Source: Antedon mediterranea (Eukaryota; Animalia; Echinodermata). Taken from it: a stretch of DNA of 64,000 nt. The stretch lies in contig NC_092676.1 in NCBI RefSeq assembly GCF_964355755.1, positions 28,972,871 to 29,036,870 on the forward strand, in the 5' to 3' direction. The first letter of the stretch is position 1. The number at the start of each line of letters is the position of its first letter. Shown in pieces: positions 1 through 12,531 of this stretch. The translations under genes were made by a program, and so were the position numbers. The notes below the pieces were generated by a model. It was given only the letters and a program-made list of their open reading frames with translations. It was not told the origin of the DNA and did no database searches.

Positions 1-716
1 TGTTTTTACTCCTCACTGATCCCGCTTCCAAAAACGCAAAACCACATTGCATAACTGAAAATTAAGAGACTTGTTAATAATATGGTGAATTAATATTAAT
101 TATTAGTAATCATTTTATAACAAAAATATAACTTAGCAATGATTAAAACACATTAATTGGAAGTATAATGAGCTAAAAAGGTGTCCGGCCTTCCTCGGAA
201 AGACGCTGCAGGGTTAGACTTGAATCCAACGATTCGTTCTCAAACTCACTCGAACTTCAACAGGACAAGCTACAATTCTAACAATACATGTTTGATCTTC
301 TGCTTTTATGTTGTTTATTTCGTCAATTTGCAATAGGCCCACACAATGTTGTTGCTGTGGGCAAGGATGTATTCTTCTAAATGTTTGTTTACACACTGAG
401 TGTATCATTGATAAGACGTCTATCCAAACTTTACTTAAAATCAGTGGAAAAGTTGTTCCAACCAAGAACTTGTATTTTGAATGTTGCAATATTAATGTTC
501 TTTGTGATTTATATACTAAACATCAATAACATTCTCTTTCGGTTTACAGTTTCCAATCCTAATTAATTAATTAATTAATTAAGAAATACAATAACATAAA
601 TACTTACAAAATATTAAACATGCCATAATGATTTTAAAAAATAAATCAGAATTCGATTGAAGAACCAATAACTCATCCTGTAGCATTTGTATCGAATCAG
701 ATTCGTTAAGAATCAT
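1..716 (-). CDS. Ammonium transporter (Amt family), copy A, 5' part only (exon 1 608-716; exon 2 1-54, truncated by window edge)
   Basis: Spliced translation [54 protein letters not shown] carries the Amt-family MQxGFAxLEAGxVRxKN motif. The GT-AG phase-1 intron 55-607 is canonical. It is paralogous to 11453-12531. Confidence 0.9.
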
Positions 717-1881
717 CTTGAGAAAAATACGACTCTTCCTTCTTGGTTGATAAAGATAAGATGATAATATCTGCTGCTGCAATATTCAACTCTTTTACCA
801 CGACTAATGCACGCGCAAAGTAAGAACAAATATGGACTAAAACACAACAGCATCATGCGTGACAAAAGTGCTAAAAGTTTTTGGAATGTACCATTTATGT
901 AGAGGTTGAGTAATGACAAAGCAATAAAAACCGATTACAAAATATGTTATAATCAAAAATATAAGTTATAGAAATAGTAATTGTATTGTTTTAATAGAAA
1001 GTTAACGAAAGATATTAATAATAAATATAATGATTTACAATATAAAAAGACATATTTATTAAGTATAGTTGATATACACATAATGGAATCTTCCGAATAT
1101 TAAAATTAAATACATTTCAAGTTAATACAACGAACATGTGTTAAAGCGGAAGATCAATAATCTTTCGTATGAGTGTATACGATCGCATACAGTTTGGATT
1201 GTTTCACACAAAAAAATACTGTCCCTTTAATTTGTAGATACCCCTCTAATAAAAAATCCTCAACTTTGTCGCGCACCAATGCCATCAACAAGAAGAAGCA
1301 CATTGTTCATGTTCGTGCGCGTACAGACGCGAAACAGGATTGCGGTGGTACGCGACTGATAGTAATTATTTTAGGGAATGGACAAATTTGATTGATTGAT
1401 TAATAGTATTGCTTCATTTTAAACATAACATTTCAAATGAATTATTAATTAAAATGACGAGTCACCATGAAACAGCCTCGCCTTCAGTTAATTATATTAA
1501 ACGCTTTTTGACAATGACGCTATCATAATAATAACCTACTTAAGTCTGTATCCAACAAAAAGAAGATGTTCATACTTATGTTGACTCGACACAATTTGAC
1601 CTTTGGTAGAATATTCATGTGTTTGTACAAGTAGTGGTCTATTGATTGAAAATCTTCAACTTCGTATTGTAATGAGTTGAAGGAGGACAATCTAGGTCTC
1701 AGACGACAGAAAACAACTATAGAAGGGACTTTCTGTGAACCAGATTTAACAACCCAGCAAAGTTCGGTAACACTCAACTTTTTCACGAGATTGTATCAGC
1801 TTTAACTTTACATTACAACGCGGCAGAGTAGTAGGCCTACCAAGAAAAGGTAACCACACATCCAGGTTCTAGATACCAGAC

Positions 1882-4196
1882 CTACCAACGATAACAGCTC
1901 TGAAAAAAAAGAAATAATTAAGTTTGTATTCAAATGATGTATACAATGTAATGTATACAAATAATATGAGCTAGCATATAGGACTTTTGATAAATCACCA
2001 CCAAAATTTGGAGAACGATCTTACCTCCTTTGTCGTCGAGTACTGCTCTGCTGCAGCCCTTGGGGCAGGCACTACTTCTGTTTCTTTCATGTGCTCAAGT
2101 CCACCAAAGTTTCCAAGTCTCTCATACTTCCGCCATTTTGCACGTCTGTTCTGGAACCAAATCTAAAAGGATCTGTTATTATAACTTCTATTTTTTTTCA
2201 CACTTTATTGTATTTTATTTTCTTCTTTTGATATATTTTATGAATTTTGTGTGAAAAATAAAGAATACTCAAATAATCAATCAGTATCAAATATTATAAT
2301 TTTCTTTATCTTTTCTCCACGATTTAAATTTATTTATGGAAAACCATAGAAGTTAAACCATAGAAACATTGCTACCTGAATTCGTTCATCATCAAGATCG
2401 GTTGTTTCTGATAATCGCTTTCTTAAGTCATAGTTTGGATAATGTGTAACTCTGAAGATTTTTTCCAGGCCTGTTAATTGTTGAGGTGTGAATGTTGTGC
2501 GCATGCGTCTCTGTCTCTTGTAGTCGTGCTCTGTCGGTTCCCGTTCGTTATGCAAGTTGTAATCTGGGGTAACTACAATAGAGAAACAAAATTGAAACAC
2601 TTAATGCGCATTTAAGAAAAGGTATCACTTAGAAATCACAAGTGATCACAAAGATCACGAGTGCGTACAATTAATAATGTTTGAACGCGCGCGTCAAATT
2701 ATGCGTTTCACCGTTGTTGTTATTATTTTTGATTTCTCTCTTTGCCAAAGAAAGTTGGTTACTACTACCACAACCATAATACATAATATTAAAGCTCACA
2801 AACTTTATTATATTGTAAACCTAAACAGAATTTGACCCTTTCCAAATCATAAACTAATTTCAGGCCAATACACAGTAGAATGTTTAAATGCTGGGAATTT
2901 TAAAATAAACTTCGCTGAATTATATGAGCAATTGGTTGCCTGGAGAGGACACTTGAATTGCTAGTTGTAAAAAATATTATCACAATTATAGATAATGGAG
3001 GTGTTTACGACTAAGGAAATCAAATTGGAGGGCCTTAAATTAAAAGTAGCTTTAGTGTATTGTTTGTACAGAGACACGGGGGTGAAATACCGTATCAAAG
3101 TTTGAACGCACAACATGTCATCCTCATCGTTTGTAGAGCTCTTTTTAGTGTGACAGGCAAATGTCAGCTTATGTAGCCTATGTATTACGTTTTATGTTAT
3201 GAACTCAAAGCTCTCATCACCTACACACTATGTTCCTATTTCTCACGCGGTTTGCGTTTATCTACTATTTTATGACGTTTTATAGCATCAATATTTGAAC
3301 TGATAAAACCTGTCGTTATACAATTGTAGTAAATGGATAATTTATAATGTAGACCTAATAATACCATAATTATTTTATCATTAAGTCTAGTGCACTAGCT
3401 AAGACTGACGCCTAACCACCATAAACTGATATAATTAATTTACGATAACATGTATGCTTATTTATTTGTTGAAAAAGACTGTGCCACATCCATAACTAAA
3501 CGAACATGAAAAAAAAAGGTTTTACTCCTGTTTATGATAAAAATGTAACATATCAACGCGCGCGTACAAAAGCCGTACAATTGTTATCTGTCTTTGTACG
3601 CGCGTGTCTCTAATGATGTCACGTATTTGAAATCAATACAAGAAACTATCTGTCCTACCTTTACTTGAAGCTTGTTTGGTGCCGCCGAACGGTAGCTCTA
3701 CTTTCGATGATATTGATGACGTTTGCGAGAAATATTTAAATTCAACCTTATTTGTTTCAACATCCATCTTTTGCCCTTTTGGTAATTTGCAATACGTGGA
3801 TTGGTCACCCTGGCTTGTGGTCGATTTTGTGGGGACCGCTTCTTGCTCTTCGGTACACCTCACTGCTCCTATGGGAACATTGGAATCCTTTAAGACAAAG
3901 TCGAGTTCTTCAGATTGTGCGTCATCTTTGATAGCCGCCCTCGAATTGACATCCTCTAGGACTACTGTCTTTAGTGGTCCTGTGGTGGTGGTGTCAGTAT
4001 TAACGTAATTTCCAACTGGAGCTGCGATAGCAAATTGATCCGATTGCAATCGACTAGAACCAGATGCATCATAAGTAGGCGTATAGTGGTGACCAACGCC
4101 AGACGGGGCACATATTCGACGGTCTGCATCTACCGTTTGTAAGATTGATTCAATAGAATGCTTTAAGACGAATGGCTTTCTTCTCTCCACCGCCAT
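1882..4196 (-). CDS. Isx: PRD-class Q50 homeobox protein, Isx (intestine-specific homeobox)-like, copy A
   Basis: Exons 3659-4196, 2376-2572, 2025-2162 and a probable short last exon 1882-1899 (SCYRW*, uncertain). N-terminal eh1/octapeptide-like HSIESIL. Homeodomain KRQRRMRTTFTPQQLTGLEKIFRVTHYPNYDLRKRLSETTDLDDERIQ|IWFQNRRAKWRK is split by the typical PRD-class intron before IWFQN. The following YERLGNFGGL..VPAP matches, from recall, the Isx post-homeodomain motif. Confidence 0.8.
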
Positions 4197-5494
4197 CAAT
4201 TTACATTAACATTATCGTCCGATTCTGTCAAAGATCGACAGGCTGAATTAGCTGTCAACGCGCGCGCCCAACCTTTATGAAGTTCTTTTTATTTGACGTT
4301 TTAGTCGTCTTCTTATCATGGCGCGTAAAACAACTATTGTCTGATCTTTCTGATGCTGACGCAAACGCGTTGCTCTTATCTGATATAAAGTTGTAAAACG
4401 CAAGACGTGTTTACTTTTGATTGAAAATGTTCATCTGGTTTGTTAGTATAAGTATATTGAAAATATGACAGGGTCATTAAACAGAATAGGTCAGTCTGTT
4501 TGATGATAGATCGTCATTATTTCTGAAGAAGCTGTCCGATCAGGACAGCGAAACTGTCAAGGTTAGTTTTTACTAATTATTGGTTTGAAAAAAAGAATAT
4601 TTTCAATATGTGTTTACTTTTGGACTAGTTCATTATTAATATAGGGTAAGTTGAGAATATAAACATCGTATACGACTTATTTTCGCAAGTATCTCATTGG
4701 GATGCTATGACGTACGAACGTAACTGCTGCACCAACCGAATTCAATGCACAGTTTGAAAAAAGAAACACAGCAAAGTTTTTGAGATATTCTTGTATTATT
4801 TTTATTTTACATATGAATTCTGATATCATCAATCATGAGGCAAGGTAACTATTTGGCCCATCCAATTAATACACTATCTTTTCGTATTCAGAAATATGCA
4901 CAAAATATTTTAATTGACATTTTTCGAACGCATGCGCTCTCATAAAAACAATATGTTTTTGCATTTGTTTACAATACGTTTGTTTGTAAATTATAGCAAA
5001 ATCCTGGCAACATATTAATATTTCGTTGCCAGGATATCATTTTGAAATTCACCCAAAAATAACTACATTCTTGTCACATTGTCTGGGTACAGTACTGCCG
5101 TGTTAAATATAATGCTATTGTCTTTATCATCAGTAATTTGCCGAAACAAAAATTATTTATCATTTTGACAGCAAAAAAATGTTAATTAAACTTGTTTATA
5201 ATTAGCAAAGATTGAATGTCCAGGATATGGCAGACGATTAGAATGATTACTATAACAATCTTAATAATAATAATGATAATAATAAATTCAATTGTACAGT
5301 ATACAAAGAACTGGGATAATATAGTAATTATACCAATATTATAAAAAAAATATGATAGAGCATTCAATATATGACAGCGAATACAGTTTTATTTAAAATT
5401 TCTTAGTACAATGTTATATACAATATCTCTAGCCACGTCTTCCTACTACTTCTACTAATACATAAAAACAAATGTGCTAATGTTGTATGTGAAA

Positions 5495-6060
5495 TAACAT
5501 ATCAATAATATATCGATATCAATACCAAAATGATATCAATATATTGATATCAATACCATATTGATATCAATAACATATTGATATCAATAACATATTGATA
5601 TCAATAACATATTGATATCAGTACCATATCATATCAATACCATAATGATATTAATAAGATATTGATATCAGTAACATGATATCCTATCAATTATAAATTT
5701 ATATCAATAATAAATTGATATCAATACCATATCAATACCATAATGATTTCATATCAATACCATAATGATATCAATAATATAGTGATATCAATACCATAAC
5801 GATATATCAATACCATAATGATATCAGTAATATATTGATACAAATACCAAAATGATATCAATAATATAGTGATATCAATACCATAACGATATATCAATAC
5901 CATAATGATATCAGTAATATATTGATACAAATACCAAAATGATATCAATATTGATATCAATGGAATAATATCAATACTTTAATGATATAAATAATGGTAA
6001 TATCAATATCACAATAATATCAATAATTGTAATATCAATATCACAATGATATCAATAATT
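5495..6060. repeat. AT-rich degenerate satellite (GATATCAATA-based), copy A
   Basis: Many degenerate gatatcaatac/gatatcaataacatatt units. A homologous array lies at 18260-18730. Confidence 0.9.
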
Positions 6061-6968
6061 TGAATAATGCAGTAATGTAGTAAGTGGTTAACATGCTAAA
6101 ACAACGGAGAGCCCAGTCTGTACTGTAGGCCTACTTATATTAAACGTACCTCTCAACAATAATTGTGTCACGTAGAGTAGTAGATTAGCTCCTCGGTTTA
6201 ACGCTATTCAATCAACGTAAGGCCAATGCACTACTGTATTAATAAATTATAGATTAATTGACAATCACTTGTGCACTGGAAGCGGTTGTCTGCTAATACA
6301 TATCCAGTTGTAAACGGACAGAGTGCAAATCACATATGTTTACGTACACTAAATGCAATACAATATAAAGAATCATAAAAACCACACATCTGTGTAATAA
6401 ATATTTGCATATTCAACAGTTCACGTGTAGAACGGTCTGTCTGTGTTTGTCGGTGCATGATAGAACATAAGTTCGTTCATGTGTATTCCGAATGTATCCT
6501 ATTTTTTTTTTCGGAATTCTGATTGGTATCACGGGTGACGTGAGATAGCACTTTAGATATAGGCCTACTGTACAATATTATCATGCTTACAAACGAAAGC
6601 TTGATAAGTTAATCTACACAAATCATCAGAATATCATTTTTATATTTATGTGTACACAAAACCAAACAACTCCACGTCAGCCAAGTAGTAGGCCTATACT
6701 TTTTAAAAACTTGCATCTTTCTTTCCTTGGAAGATTCAAGAAACATTTATTATGGCCTTTGCAATATAACAGTTAAATAAAAAACATTAGAGTGCGTCTA
6801 AAATTTCTGTTCTACGTTTAAATGAAAAAATAAATCTTTTCCAAGCTTAGTAGTTAGTAGACATAAGATAAATACAGTATATGGGTTATTTTGTCTAAAA
6901 GTAAAGCATATATTATTTAATTCTAATCTGAATAAACGGGACAAACTAAAGTGAAGTGATAGTGAAGT

Positions 6969-7263
6969 GATCATCATCAACATCATCATTGTCATCATCA
7001 ACATCATCATCATCATCAACAACAACATAATCATCATCAACATAATCATCATCCTCGTCATCATCATTATCAATCATCATCAAAATCATCATCATCGTCA
7101 TCATCATCAACATAATCATCATCATCATAAACATAATCATCATCAACATAATCATCATCCTCGTCATCATCATTATCAATCAACATCAACATCATTATCA
7201 TCGTCATTAACATCATAATGTACATCATTATCATCGTCAACATCTTCTTCATCATCATCATCA
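6969..7263. repeat. (CAT)n degenerate trinucleotide microsatellite
   Basis: Long catcat/aatcat run. It explains the poly-M/D/H/I ORFs in the track. Confidence 0.95.
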
Positions 7264-7605
7264 AATAACACCATCGTCATATGCATCAGCCTTGAGGGCG
7301 ATGTACCATTATCAATACTCAATATACTTATCGATTAAAGTAATCGGTCAACTTGTGTTTAGCGCCAACCAGCTACCAATCGATTACATTTTGAAAAAAA
7401 CGATGAAAAAGATAGGATAGGCCAATAAGATCCATATGATAATTTTAAAAACAATCTCCTATCTAAGAATGGAGATACCTCCATGATTTAAGTGAACACT
7501 AGGGAAATACTTAAATATTTATTGAGTTAAGTGAAATACTTAATACATGAGTATCTCACTTAAGGGTGATTGGTGAATACGGCCACTGGATACTAGTAAT
7601 ACAAG

Positions 7606-10600
7606 CTAATATGCCACTGCCTCCTGAGTCGAATCTGATTCGTTATCGGAAACCATTCCGTTATTTACCACGCCAAGTTGTAGACGTTCAGCAAACTGCT
7701 GTGATCCCTCCAATCGTATATGCTCTGGAATTGTATCTATAGATGCAGTAGATGCGCTCATTTTGTAATCTTTGTTTAAATTGGAAGCGGAGTTATTAAT
7801 ATTCGTGCTTCTTTCCTCCACTGAATGAATTGTCGGCACGGAGGGCGTCAGCGACGCTTCATCTTTTGGATTGTCTTTTACTGGTGATGAGCACAATGTA
7901 AGTATACTTTTGAAAGAGAATTGTATACCTGAACAGAAAAAAAAGTTTGTTGTGAATAAAGGTTTCACTCGACATAAACGTCTAATATAATCATTCATCT
8001 ACGGGTGTTTTGCCTATTCAACTGCGTCTTATAATAAAGTATTACTGGTGCATTTTGATGCGCAACAAGAAATGTTGCATTATCACCAAAGAGGTTACTG
8101 TACGGCTATTTTGAGTTACGTAGCCATACGTGTACGTATCCATACGTGAACGTAGCCATACGTGTACATAGCCATCCGTGTACGTACCAGTTTCGATGTC
8201 CTTATCAACGTAGTTATTCATGTTCCAACCGTGTCCATAAGCTGTCAATGGATAGGCTGGTTCCCCGTGTTTTGCTATATCCAAACCTATACAACACAAA
8301 ATAGATACAATTACCACTATATTTTACTTTTTACATAGTAAATGATAGGCCTGTAACTTTATAAAATGCAAATGTTTGGGGTTGTTTTACTCGTTTTTAC
8401 AGTATCTTATTTTTAGAAACCCGAAGTAGGCTAACCTTTTTTTTCAATAGTTGGATGAACTCGCAGAATATTGAACGCTTTCATCGTCCCAAACATGATC
8501 AAAGACGTGGCGACTGACCAGGTGAAAATTGAGATTGCTCCAGTAAAGTTCCATAAAAGGCTCTTAAAAATAAACAAAGGAAATGTTACATGAAACAATT
8601 TTGCCTTCTATTGCAATTTCAACAGACACATTAAGCCTATGTCAAACCATTTTTCCATGGTCAAACTAAACATGAAACATTCGACAATTGATAATGCAGA
8701 ATACGATTGTTCTTGAATTATTGCGTAAACGGCGTTCTATATTATTCTATAAGTTTAATACTTACGAGAAAGGAGTCAGAATCCCATGTAAAAACAATCC
8801 CAGTATCCCTTGCGAAAATTGTGACTGCGATGATTCCCCAGAATCCTCCACTCAAGTGAACTAAAAATACAGTGTGAATGTTCATTAGAATCGCCAAGAA
8901 GTAAATTCCACTCCCGATAAGATTTTTCCTTATGCCTACACTTAAAGCTTGGTTTCAACTTGCAACGCAACCTACTACGCAACATAAGAAAATGCCCTTC
9001 CGATAATTGTGTTTACTCCCGCCTGCGTGAAATCAAACCTTACGTCGTCGGTTCCCACTTGTGATTACGCAATACAGCACTTTGCATCAATACGTCGTTG
9101 CGGTGCGTTCTAGTGGGAACCACACTTTATCTAGTATGGGCCATCTCGGTATGCACTATAAGCAGGGCAGAATGAATTTTAGACTCAATAGCTATGTAGT
9201 ATATTACCTATTTTTTACTTTTACTTACCTGCAACTGCGTCCAGTGGATCATCAATGTGTACCTTTAAGACCAGTTTACTAACAAGAATGAACAAACATC
9301 CAGCTACAAAGCCGATAACAGCTGCACCCCAACGACTAACAGAGTCGCATCCAGCACAAATTGAAACCTGTAATCATACAACAATGTATTCTTGTGTGTT
9401 TTTCGATTGTACACCAACCAAATATTATGACACACAAAGGAGGATAACGAACAATGTTACCTTTATTTGGTTTAAATCTACACAGGTTCAACTTCTACAA
9501 AAAATGAGCACCGGAGTACAAACTTGTAAAACATTTAAACTAATGTGAAAATAAATGAGAAAAGAACCTACCATTCCAGTAAGACCTCCATTGATTGTTG
9601 TCAACAAACTCCACTGATTTCCTTTGTAAAACGTCTGTTTAATGATAAGAGCACATAGAGCGGCAACACCTCCAGACAGTACTGTGTTGACGATAGACTC
9701 AGCGACCACTACACCGTCACCATCGTTTGAAATACTGCCCTGCGAACCGCCATTGAAACCGAGGAAACCCAAGAATAGAATGAATCCACCCAATGCTGCA
9801 AACTAGAAATAAAACAAATCAATTAGACTACTGTAGTTCAAAAGTTGTATAGGTAGGTAATCTAAGATGAGTATAGTTAAAACATAAATTGTTTGGGTAT
9901 GAAGCAGTCGCAACAAGGTTGTTATACTTCTATAAATAAAATTGAATATGATATGAAAATGTACAAGTCTTTCTGAAACAGGATTCTTACAAAAGTAAAA
10001 ACAATTTAATCGCTCTGAAACAGAGTGAAATGTAAAAATATATTATATAGAGGGCGCGCTAATTAACGTTTCAACCTATGTTGAAGGTACAAATAACTCG
10101 AGATTTTAAATAGGCTTTTGTGTCGTCATCTATATATATCGATTTTTTTTAATTTAATAGGTAGGCCTATGGTCTGTTGGCAAATTTATAAAATAAATCA
10201 GGAAGATAACTTGTGGAAAACGTTATTATTCAAACAATTACAAACAAAGATAAGTTACTTTGCATTTTGCAAGTACAGTGAAGTTGTTGAATTTCAAAAA
10301 GTTAGTTATTAACGTACTGGTACGGTGTGTCCATGGATAGTGATTGGTTTACCATTGGCGTCAAATCGACCGATTCGTGGGCCTAGCATAACAGCACCAA
10401 TCAACGCTACTGAACCGCCCAAGATGTGAACTACTGCACTGCCAGCAAAATCCTAAAAAAAGTCAACAATGGCTGGATTAGCTGAACTTGTTTCTGAAAC
10501 TTTTAGCCGAATTTTGATATCGACGTCCTAGTGTCGTATCAGAAACAGAAACAGATTTTCTTCTCAAGTTTATTCGTTTATTCTTAATACAAACTTAAAT

Positions 10601-12531
10601 CTAACAATTATAAATTATAATAAAGTAACGAATATTATTATTAGAAATAAATAATAGGCCTACTTACGTCAAACGCAATTTGTGGATTATTTGGCATCTC
10701 TGTCAGCCAACCGTCATCAGACCACGCCCAATGCGTCACAACTGGATATATAAAGCCTGAAAGAAACGATTTTAAGATGAAAAACGTGTTACTGATAAAA
10801 TGCCTACGGTATTATAAGTATCAACATGTTAAACACTAGGCCTAATGTTGATTCAAAATAAACGCGTTTTACCTGTTAAAATGACGCTATACACCAGGTA
10901 GGCTACGAACTCAGTTCTCTCTGCCATCGAACCTGATACGATTGTAGCGGCGGTAGCGGCAAAAACAAATTGAAAGAACCAATCGTCAACTTGGTCACTT
11001 GGCATGTTATACATGAAATACCAATCTGATCCAATAAACGCATTTCCACCAGGACCAAACGCGAACGCATAACCAACGCCCCAGTAAAATACACTGCCAA
11101 TACCTATAGAGAGAAATTCAATAGGTATTCTTTATATTTAATTTGCATGATAAAATAAATGAAGAATGGCGTCTAGAATAAAATTAGAATTAAATAGAAA
11201 GTTTCAAAAATTAGCTCTTAATAATAATACTTTGAATTTTAATGATGGATTTCTTACGTTTTAGATCTAAAATAGTAAGTTATTTAATGTATATTGTAGG
11301 CCTATTCATTGTTTCGTTTTATCTTAGTACAGGAGGGTTTATTTTTATCTCTGTTGGCTGTGTATTGAATAAAATAAAAATAAGTCACTCTCTAGTATTA
11401 TAATACCCATCTGGTTTTTTAAACACAATGTGTTAAAAACACAATGACTTACAGATATCCAAAAAATTCTTGATCAGGATGTTTGTTGTGTTTTTACTCC
11501 TCACCGACCCCGCTTCCAAAAACGCAAAACCACATTGCATAACTGAAAATTAAGAGACTTATTAATAATACGGTAAATTAATATTAATTATTATTAATAA
11601 TTTATAATAAAAAATATATATATATAACGTAGTAATGATTAAAATATAGTCTCCGGCCTTCCTCAGAAAGACGTTTTAATCCAACGATTTGTCCTCAAAC
11701 TCTTCACTCAAACCTCAACAGGTCAAGCTACAATTACAATACATTTTGATTGAGTTTGATCTTCTGCTTTTATTTCGTCAATTTACAATAGGCCTACACA
11801 ATGTTGTTGCTGTGGGCAAGGATGTATATTCCTCTAAATATTTGTTTACACACTGAGTATATCATAAGACGTCTATCCAAACTTTATATTAGGCCTACTC
11901 AAAATAAGTAGCTTTATATTAGGCCTACTCAAAATAAGTAGAAAAGTTGTTACATATATAAACATGTATTGTCCCCCAAAATCATGAAAAATTACGGTTA
12001 ATAAAATCAGACTTTAAGTAGGTGATTTTGCAGTTTTAATCAAGTTATTCACTTCTAAAAAAAAACCAATACAATTGCATATTCAAAAAACAATAAAAAA
12101 ATCTTTAATGTTCTTTGTGATTTAAAAACATCAATAACTACGGATGTTGACATCCTCTACAACATTCTCTGTCATTTTCATTTCATTTTTCATTTATTTA
12201 TTCGACCAAAACACAGATACAGAACAGAACAGAAACAGAGAACAAGGGTCAGGGGCAACTAAAGCAAAACAATTACTATAACTCAAAGAGTCAGTTGCCC
12301 TTAAAAAACATCGAAATACAAAAAAAATAAAAGATTGCACCAAGTAAAACACATCTGTCGGTTTACACTTTTCTATCCTACTTAATAATTTGAGAAATAC
12401 AATAACATAAATAAATACTTACAAAATATTAAGCAAGCCATAATTATTTTAAAAAATAAATCGGAATTTGATTGAAGAACCAATAACTCATCCTGTAGTG
12501 TTTGTATCGAATCAGATTCGTTAAGAATCAT
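7606..12531 (-). CDS. Ammonium transporter (Amt family), copy B, complete, 11 exons, 555 aa
   Basis: Exons 12423-12531, 11453-11542, 10873-11103, 10668-10756, 10318-10452, 9572-9802, 9229-9367, 8766-8860, 8436-8562, 8188-8286, 7606-7928. They sum to 1668 nt in frame and all introns are GT-AG. Motifs: [49 protein letters not shown] (first pore His), [17 protein letters not shown] (second pore His), [12 protein letters not shown]. Confidence 0.95.
12174..12353 (-). mobile_element. Short 5'-truncated non-LTR retroelement-like insertion, only in Amt copy B intron 1
   Basis: 180 bp flanked by a tctgtc direct repeat (12168-12173 and 12354-12359). The minus strand ends in a (TGAAA)n-like tail. Absent at the homologous site near 535-545. 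Confidence 0.65.

Noticed and set aside
1523-1786. 87-aa ORF present in both duplicates (also 13337-13600)
   Set aside because: Non-ATG start and no recognisable motif. Retention is explained by the recent duplication, and it is probably Isx 3' UTR.
3676-4008. Plus-strand ORFs antisense to real exons (also 16665-17000, 24011-24244, 51138-51389, 59007-59318)
   Set aside because: Shadow ORFs on the reverse strand of coding exons.
6798-7264. Poly-Met/Asp/His/Ile ORFs
   Set aside because: Artefacts of the (CAT)n microsatellite.
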